Assembly: GCA_003233455.1 (NCBI GenBank)
Contig: QILQ01000011.1
Span: 1 to 60,200, forward strand
Direction: 5' to 3'
DNA length: 60,200 nt
From: Candidatus Zambryskiibacteriota bacterium
GTDB taxonomy: Bacteria > Patescibacteriota > Minisyncoccia > Phycocordibacterales > WO2-35-19
Below the pieces are notes generated by a model. It made no database searches and was not told the origin of the DNA. It saw only the letters and a list, made by a program, of their open reading frames with translations. Within the stretch, counting starts at the first letter, position 1; every line of letters begins with the position of its first letter. Below are positions 54,891 to 60,200 of the stretch, piece by piece. Made by a program: the position numbers and the translations under genes.

Positions 54891-57248
54891 TTACTCTGCC
54901 ACTGGAGGTTCGGTTCTTAATTGGGGAGCTTTGACTGAAGATTTAGCGTTTGAAAATATAGCTTTACCGGCTTTCATATTGGACAAGATAAAACTTATTT
55001 CTTTATTTTTAGGATTAGCGACATTCAATTCCTTAAATTGCTTGATAGCTTCTTTTTTCTTGCCGATTTTATAATCAGAGATTCCAAGGAAATATTTAGC
55101 GTTGGCATAATTTGGAACCAAAACAATGGCTCTGCCGAAAGCATCTGCCGCGCCAGCAAAATTTTTCTGATTATATTTAAGCAAACCGAGCTGGAAATAA
55201 AGTCCAGAATTATTCGGGTCAATCAAAGTGGCCGCTTCCACCGATTTCACCGCAGCGGGAATATTTTTGGAAGCAACTTCAAGTCTGGCTAAAGTAAAAT
55301 AAGCATCGGTATAATTGCTTTTTAATTTCAAAGCTTTCGCTATATTCACTTTGGCTCCTTTAATATCTCCGGCTAAAGTATCTAATCTGGCTAAAGCGAG
55401 TGGCACTGAAGGATTATTAGGCGAGCGGAGAGCCGCTTCGGCATAAGCGTCGCGAGCATTTTTCAAGGAACCTTTTATACCATTTGAAGCCAGGATTTCA
55501 TAAACTCTACCCAAAGCAAACCAGTTTTGAAAATTATTATTATCTTCCTTAATAGCTTTTTTAGCTGAAGCGATAGAGTTAGCCATCAGACCTTGAGCTT
55601 CTTTTTTTACAGAGTCGGTAATTTGATTTTTATTGGTAATATTTCCCAAGACTTTTCCTAAATCAATCAAAGAAACTTGAGTTAAACCACGCCAATAAAC
55701 ATCACTTGACGCGATATTGATTGATTTAGCGGCCGCTTTTCTAACCAATTGAATATTGCCTGTTTTTTGATATTCCAACACTCCTTTTTTAAAAGTAACA
55801 GTAGCCACCGCCCTTTCCAAAACGAAATAACCACCAGCCACCGACATAATAAGCAAGACCACAATAGAAAGAACTGAAATAAAATTAGTTTTTGGATTGG
55901 AAAATATATTGATTCTCCAAAGACCTATTATTCCCTGAGGAACCAAAGTGGCAGTGAAAAGTCCGGTGAATATAAAAGTCAGAGCTAAAACAGTAATACT
56001 GGGATTGTAGAGAAAGAGTATAATCCACAAATAAAGAGAAACCAGAAAAGATGAGGTAGCCAAATATCTGGAACGATTGGAATTCGCTTGAGCAAATATA
56101 GCTTTCACTCCGCTAAGAGTATACATACCAATAAAAATCAATAACGCCAACAATCCCAGCAAACCGGTGGTAATAGCGATGGTAGGTATAAAACCGGATC
56201 CTCCATAAAAATTGCTATTCCAAAATTGAGTTTGATTTATTTCTAACGGCTTGTGAGCTGACCAAAATTGAGCGAAACGATTTGGACCAATTCCTAAAGC
56301 AAAATTCTTTTGCCAAGAATCCATCGTTAAATTCATAGTGGTTCCAAAATTAGGTCTGACTTCGGTAGTTTGAACTCTCATTGTTTTTGAAAGAAAACCG
56401 CCAATACCTGTTCCTCCCAAAAGGAGAATTACTGAAACCACTAAAATAACAAGAGAAGAAAGAGAGATTTTACGATCTCCTTGAGGGTTCCCCTCTTCCC
56501 GACCGACAGACCAAGACAAAATATAAACAAAGAAAACGAGAGAAATAATACCGAGAATAACAACCACTGGCATAAAATTCGCCGCTCCTATAAACAAAAC
56601 CGATAAAGCCATTAACAGATACAAAACGATTTTCATCCTCTTGGATACTTCGGTCATATTAAGAGCACAAAGAGCCATTATGGTGGCGGCGCCAAAAATT
56701 ATAGCGGTATTAATCACTCCGCCGGAGAGAAATAATGGTAATTTTGAAGCAAAGGAAGTTGGTAATAAAGAAGCGCCAAAAATTCCCAATAAAGTATAGA
56801 CAGCCAATGCCAGAGATGAATAAATAAAAGCGGAGATAACTTTACTCACCACTTTAATACTTTTAACCGCCACCATCGTCATAAACAAAGAAAAAACCAA
56901 TATCAATATAGAACCGGAAGTTCCAATATCAAATATTGAACCTACAATGGAAGTTTTAATCGCGCCGGAAAAAACAGAAGATAATAAAGCCACTAAAGCG
57001 AATATTCCTATCGGTATCAGATATTTAGCTTTGGGTATTTCAACTATTCCAGTTGAAAGAACCGAGGATAAAAAAATGGCGAATATTGCCACCAAACCGG
57101 TAGCCAAAAGTGTTATTTTAGCCACATATAAACTGACTCCCAACACCGGTATAAAAAATACCGGCAAAAGAAAAACAAATACCGATAAAATCAGACCCAA
57201 CTTTTTAACCAATACATTTTTTGAACTATTTTGTATATTTTGTTCCAT
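54891..57248 (-). CDS. O-antigen ligase-like polytopic membrane protein with C-terminal TPR repeats
   Basis: More than ten TM segments followed by several TPR-like repeats (NNFQNWFALGRVYE..., YTDAYFTLARLE..., SGLYFQLGLLKY...). Confidence 0.7.
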   Translation of the reverse strand: MEQNIQNSSKNVLVKKLGLILSVFVFLLPVFFIPVLGVSLYVAKITLLATGLVAIFAIFLSSVLSTGIVEIPKAKYLIPIGIFALVALLSSVFSGAIKTSIVGSIFDIGTSGSILILVFSLFMTMVAVKSIKVVSKVISAFIYSSLALAVYTLLGIFGASLLPTSFASKLPLFLSGGVINTAIIFGAATIMALCALNMTEVSKRMKIVLYLLMALSVLFIGAANFMPVVVILGIISLVFFVYILSWSVGREEGNPQGDRKISLSSLVILVVSVILLLGGTGIGGFLSKTMRVQTTEVRPNFGTTMNLTMDSWQKNFALGIGPNRFAQFWSAHKPLEINQTQFWNSNFYGGSGFIPTIAITTGLLGLLALLIFIGMYTLSGVKAIFAQANSNRSRYLATSSFLVSLYLWIILFLYNPSITVLALTFIFTGLFTATLVPQGIIGLWRINIFSNPKTNFISVLSIVVLLIMSVAGGYFVLERAVATVTFKKGVLEYQKTGNIQLVRKAAAKSINIASSDVYWRGLTQVSLIDLGKVLGNITNKNQITDSVKKEAQGLMANSIASAKKAIKEDNNNFQNWFALGRVYEILASNGIKGSLKNARDAYAEAALRSPNNPSVPLALARLDTLAGDIKGAKVNIAKALKLKSNYTDAYFTLARLEVASKNIPAAVKSVEAATLIDPNNSGLYFQLGLLKYNQKNFAGAADAFGRAIVLVPNYANAKYFLGISDYKIGKKKEAIKQFKELNVANPKNKEISFILSNMKAGKAIFSNAKSSVKAPQLRTEPPVAE
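56482..56499. repeat. GAGGG-TTC-CCCTC core hairpin in frame inside the membrane-protein gene
   Basis: tgagggttcccctcttcc; minus-strand reading gives GREEGNPQGD in a loop between TM segments. Confidence 0.7.
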
Positions 57249-57518
57249 TTTATTTGCTCCCTTCGTCCCCTCTCATTTTAAAAGGAGAAAAAAATTCATT
57301 CCCACTTTCCTTGTCCGCCCAACAATGTCAGAGCATTGACGGCAAACTTGCGAAGGAAAATTGGATGCCTTTTTCTCCTCAAAATAAGGAGGATTAAAGA
57401 AGCGATTACTTATAAACTATATAATACATAACATTTTTAATAATTAATTTTCTCGTCTATCCGAGATTTGGACTTCCTCTTTCCTTATTAAATAAAGAGG
57501 TTAGGGGGTAAAATTATA

Positions 57519-58004
57519 TCACTTATAATTCTTAATCGCCTGCACCACTCGGCTATCACTTCTCAATTTCTCATAAAAAAGCACTTGCGAAGCGTTGATA
57601 TAAAGCTCGTCTGTCGGACCGTGCAACTCACTACCAAGTTTTATCAATGAAAACTTCTTTGATTGATTAGGTTCCGTTCCGGTCAATCCTTTATTTTTGG
57701 AAAGTTGCAAATAATACACATCAATCAGTTTAAATTCAGAATCGCTTTTGTTTATCAATCTGCCAAAATAAACTTGCCCGTTGGTGAGAAAAACTGCGTT
57801 ATAAGTTTTGCTCTCAGTTTTAAACATTCCCCCCAAAAAATCTTTACCCAAAAAAACCGCCAAAACCACTATCGCCAAAATCGCTATTATGCCAAATAGC
57901 TTTAAAATTCTCCTGATTAAAAACGAAGAATTTTTTTTCTTTTTAACGCCGACTTCTTTTTTATCATCTTTTTGCAGTGGTTGATTAAATCTTATTTCAT
58001 CCAT
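57519..58004 (-). CDS. hypothetical membrane-anchored protein
   Basis: 161 aa; TM LFGIIAILAIVVLAVFL. Confidence 0.55.
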   Translation of the reverse strand: MDEIRFNQPLQKDDKKEVGVKKKKNSSFLIRRILKLFGIIAILAIVVLAVFLGKDFLGGMFKTESKTYNAVFLTNGQVYFGRLINKSDSEFKLIDVYYLQLSKNKGLTGTEPNQSKKFSLIKLGSELHGPTDELYINASQVLFYEKLRSDSRVVQAIKNYK

Positions 58005-58080
58005 ATTTTTATTATTATCTCCTACCTTTTTTACATCACATTACGATTACATTTTACCACAATTAACAATTTTTGATATG

Positions 58081-58110
58081 TTGATAACTTTACTATTTTA
58101 ATTTCTAAAA
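58081..58110. repeat. 30-bp direct repeat, copy 1 (flanks the fic cassette)
   Basis: ttgataactttactattttaatttctaaaa; 29/30 identical to 59273-59302. Confidence 0.85.
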
Positions 58111-58156
58111 AATCTTTTTTCTTTTTTCTTTTTTTTCAAGACCTCTCTTTGAAAAA

Positions 58157-59209
58157 TTATTTCACCGTGTAATTTTTTGCCGCAAATTCATATTGTTCCA
58201 CAAAAATCTTTTTGAACGGCAAAATAGAATTTATTTCATAAAATATCAAAATAGCTTCTCTAAAATCTTTCTCTTCCACACTACGAAATGACAACGGAGC
58301 CAACCCGTGCGATAAAAGCAGAGCGTTGGCCATAAGTCTCGCCGTTCGCTTATTACCGTCTTCAAATGGTTGTATATAGCTTATGCCGAGCAAGGTAACC
58401 AAAGCTTTAGCATATGGCGTTGTCATTTTTGACACCGCTTTACCTAACGCCTCCACCGCCTCTTTAATCTGGTATATGTTGTCAAGAGGCCGATAAATTG
58501 ATCCGGTAACGCCTACCGGGTTTCGCCTTAATCCAAAATTAACATTCAAATCTTTTACTAATAATGCGTGCACCTTCTCAAGATTAGACCTAGTCAATGA
58601 AGCAAATATGTTTTTGTGTTCGTGAATAAAATGAAAAGCGTCTTTATGGTTTAATATCATCAACGCTTCTTTTTTGCTATGTTTGGGAGCTTCTTTATTT
58701 TCCAAAATCAATTTTTCAGTATCAAGCAGACTATATGTATTGCCTTCTATTTTTGAAGATTTCCACGACAACTCAATAATCAATCTTTCCAGTTCTTTCT
58801 TTTGCAAAACTTCCGGCAAATTTTTAGTTCGCTTGTTATATTCCGCCGTAGCATCATTTAAAATTTTCAACTCATTTGAGGAAAAAATATTTGCCGGTAG
58901 TGCCGGTAAAAGATTGAAATTATAATTACGCAATCCGTAACGCTTATCAGAGTCAGTGGCAAAATATTTTCTGGGATTAATATCGGCGAATAACCTACCG
59001 AGAACGCTTACGGTATAAGAAGTAGCTCTGCCAGAACCGTTCACTTTGAGAAAACCGCTCGCGACCAATTCGGATAAAGACCTTTTCACCGTTACTAATG
59101 ACATTTTTCCGCCGGATTTGACTATTTCTTTATGCGCAACAGATGATTGCGTTTCCCCCCGTTTAAGAATAATATCTATGATTTTCCTTTGTTTTTCGTT
59201 TAAATTCAT
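58157..59209 (-). CDS. Fic family protein with N-terminal winged-HTH; degenerate active-site motif
   Basis: Fic core QPFEDGNKRTAR (canonical HxFx(D/E)GNGRxxR, so H->Q and G->K); inhibitory-helix-like SSKIEGN; N-terminal wHTH. Confidence 0.85.
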   Translation of the reverse strand: MNLNEKQRKIIDIILKRGETQSSVAHKEIVKSGGKMSLVTVKRSLSELVASGFLKVNGSGRATSYTVSVLGRLFADINPRKYFATDSDKRYGLRNYNFNLLPALPANIFSSNELKILNDATAEYNKRTKNLPEVLQKKELERLIIELSWKSSKIEGNTYSLLDTEKLILENKEAPKHSKKEALMILNHKDAFHFIHEHKNIFASLTRSNLEKVHALLVKDLNVNFGLRRNPVGVTGSIYRPLDNIYQIKEAVEALGKAVSKMTTPYAKALVTLLGISYIQPFEDGNKRTARLMANALLLSHGLAPLSFRSVEEKDFREAILIFYEINSILPFKKIFVEQYEFAAKNYTVK

Positions 59210-59233
59210 ATTTTTCGTATCATTTTAATACTC

Positions 59234-59258
59234 TAATCGTATCATATTGATACGATTA
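59234..59258. promoter_or_regulatory. perfect palindrome taatcgtatca-tat-tgatacgatta upstream of fic (candidate operator)
   Basis: 11-bp perfect arms, 25-49 nt upstream of the fic start codon; a half-site-like tacgatta also occurs at about 58040. Confidence 0.5.
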
Positions 59259-59272
59259 TTAACATAAAATTA

Positions 59273-59302
59273 TTGATAACTTTACTATTTTAATTCCTAA
59301 AA
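59273..59302. repeat. 30-bp direct repeat, copy 2 (flanks the fic cassette)
   Basis: ttgataactttactattttaattcctaaaa. Confidence 0.85.
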
Positions 59303-59400
59303 TATTTTTTACAGTATTTTCCAATTGCGTTGGAATCCATTTTCATTTGGGTATCATGTTGTGTTGGATAAGACTATCTTTATTTTTATCCACATTTCAC

Positions 59401-59428
59401 TTGACATAATTTTTCATTTTGCTATACT
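59401..59428 (+). promoter_or_regulatory. near-consensus promoter TTGACA-16-TATACT
   Basis: TTGACA at 59401-06 and TATACT at 59423-28; points toward the 3' end of the minus-strand NYN gene. Confidence 0.4.
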
Positions 59429-59441
59429 GGTATCAATCACG

Positions 59442-59467
59442 CCCCCCCGATCGTAAGGTCGGGGGGG
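59442..59467. terminator. strong GC hairpin CCCCCCCGA-N8-TCGGGGGGG
   Basis: 9-bp stem with C7/G7 runs, 7 nt beyond the NYN gene stop. On the plus strand it is followed by acgattttatatat. Could terminate either strand. Confidence 0.5.
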
Positions 59468-59473
59468 ACGATT

Positions 59474-60004
59474 TTATATATCAATAAGATTCTTGATCTG
59501 AACCTTAAATAACCCTTTTTTAATAGACCAGATTTCTCTTCCTAAATGTCCTGCTGTATAAACAACAACTACTTGTTTTTTAAGTCCAATAAGTAATTTA
59601 TAAAGTGGTTCAAAATCTCCATCACCAGTAAAGAAAATAGAACTTTCAAAATTTTCTGCAACTTTTTTATGAACATCTATACAAACTTCCATATCAAAAT
59701 CACATTTTCTACGATATATTTTTTCTGCTCCTAAATTTTCAACCAAAATATATTTAACAGGTTTTGTAATAACTTTGTACCCAATCTTTTCTGCCTGATT
59801 CAAAAATTTTTCTGATTTAGGATGATTATCTTTTCCGAAATAAAGATAAATTTCTTCAATTTCTTTATAAGATTTTAAATATTTATAAAGAATTGAAATA
59901 TCAATTTCTAATTTTAAAGATTTTTTCCAACCATAAACATTCGCCCAGTCTACAAAAACTGCTGTTTTTCCTCTCAAAATTATTTTTTTAAATTCTTTTT
60001 TCAT
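59474..60004 (-). CDS. NYN (LabA-like, PIN-fold) domain protein
   Basis: TAVFVDWANVYGW...IFFTGDGDFEPL, an NYN signature. Confidence 0.75.
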   Translation of the reverse strand: MKKEFKKIILRGKTAVFVDWANVYGWKKSLKLEIDISILYKYLKSYKEIEEIYLYFGKDNHPKSEKFLNQAEKIGYKVITKPVKYILVENLGAEKIYRRKCDFDMEVCIDVHKKVAENFESSIFFTGDGDFEPLYKLLIGLKKQVVVVYTAGHLGREIWSIKKGLFKVQIKNLIDI

Positions 60005-60089
60005 CTTATTTCCTAAGGCTTCCCTTTAGGGTTTTAATTATATTATTGATTCTTCCACAACAGTATCAGTTGGAAGTATTTCCGATCCC

Positions 60090-60200
60090 CTATTGTTGTA
60101 AGAGGGGGTCATCAGGGGGAGTTATTTCAGGAGTACTTGTTGCTGTTGGTTCAGGTTCTATAATTATTTCAGAAGTTGTTGCGGAGTCAGATGTTGCGGG
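60090..60200 (-). CDS. 3' end of a CDS entering from the right edge (Pro/Thr/Glu-rich tail, product unknown)
   Basis: Minus-strand frame PATSDSATTSEIIIEPEPTATSTPEITPPDDPLLQQ* is open to the window edge. Confidence 0.3.
   Translation of the reverse strand, partial: PATSDSATTSEIIIEPEPTATSTPEITPPDDPLLQQ

Noticed and set aside
59356-59409. 17-codon hydrophobic micro-ORF (MLCWIRLSLFLSTFHLT) as a type I toxin candidate next to the promoter/hairpin
   Set aside because: It has no convincing ribosome-binding site, is very short, and ends inside the predicted -35 box. There is too little evidence to call it.
1-60200. tRNA, rRNA, tmRNA, RNase P or SRP RNA genes in the intergenic gaps
   Set aside because: I scanned the gaps for T-loop-like GGTTCGAAT/GTTCAAAT motifs and cloverleaf-sized GC-rich blocks and found none. 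A proper tRNAscan/Infernal run is still needed to exclude them.

Overview
This is a very AT-rich bacterial window with compact housekeeping content typical of a reduced-genome, Parcubacteria/CPR-like organism; that taxonomic guess rests only on gene content and composition. The core genes are clear:
- Ribosomal operon tail: infA-rpmJ-rpsM-rpsK-rpsD-rpoA-rplQ, then rplM-rpsI.
- Chaperones: grpE-(insert)-dnaK-dnaJ.
- Five aminoacyl-tRNA synthetases: alaS, trpS, aspS, gltX, cysS.
- Other housekeeping: mnmA, mltG, scpA/scpB, a cell-wall block (D-Ala-D-Ala carboxypeptidase-mraY-ftsW-murG), M23 peptidase, MacAB-like ABC exporter with HlyD adaptor, rpmA, rplI, S41 protease, corA, lepA, murJ, and an O-antigen-ligase-like/TPR membrane protein.

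I found no tRNA, rRNA or CRISPR array. TGA is used as a normal stop, so the standard code 11 applies.

Features not explained by ordinary annotation:
1. Two families of short GC-rich palindromic elements recur throughout the window. One is AGCCCAA-N9-TTGGGCT hairpins. The other is about 60 bp, with an AAGAGGG-GAA/TTC-CCCTCTT core and TGTGGTATAAT-like arms. Both sit at gene ends and are also inserted in frame inside essential genes (mnmA, lepA, cysS, a helicase, a membrane protein).
2. Two IS200/RayT-like HUH-Y1 transposase genes are each bracketed by these hairpins, a REPtron-like layout.
3. An accessory island lies at about 34.3-39.7 kb. It holds a frameshifted Cys-rich CARDB surface protein and a roughly 1 kb strongly GC-rich gene for a secreted protein, which has a consensus promoter and Shine-Dalgarno unlike its neighbours. 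It also holds an HExxH protein and an untracked 45-codon, highly acidic small ORF.
4. A G-rich 151-bp tandem repeat with nested hairpins lies downstream of cysS.
5. A Fic cassette is flanked by 30-bp direct repeats, and its catalytic His is replaced.
6. An in-frame TAA interrupts a DUF4406-like gene.
7. Many native genes have an extended -10 box 6-8 nt upstream of the ATG and no Shine-Dalgarno, which suggests leaderless expression.

All calls come from reading the sequence and recalling motifs; no searches were run.
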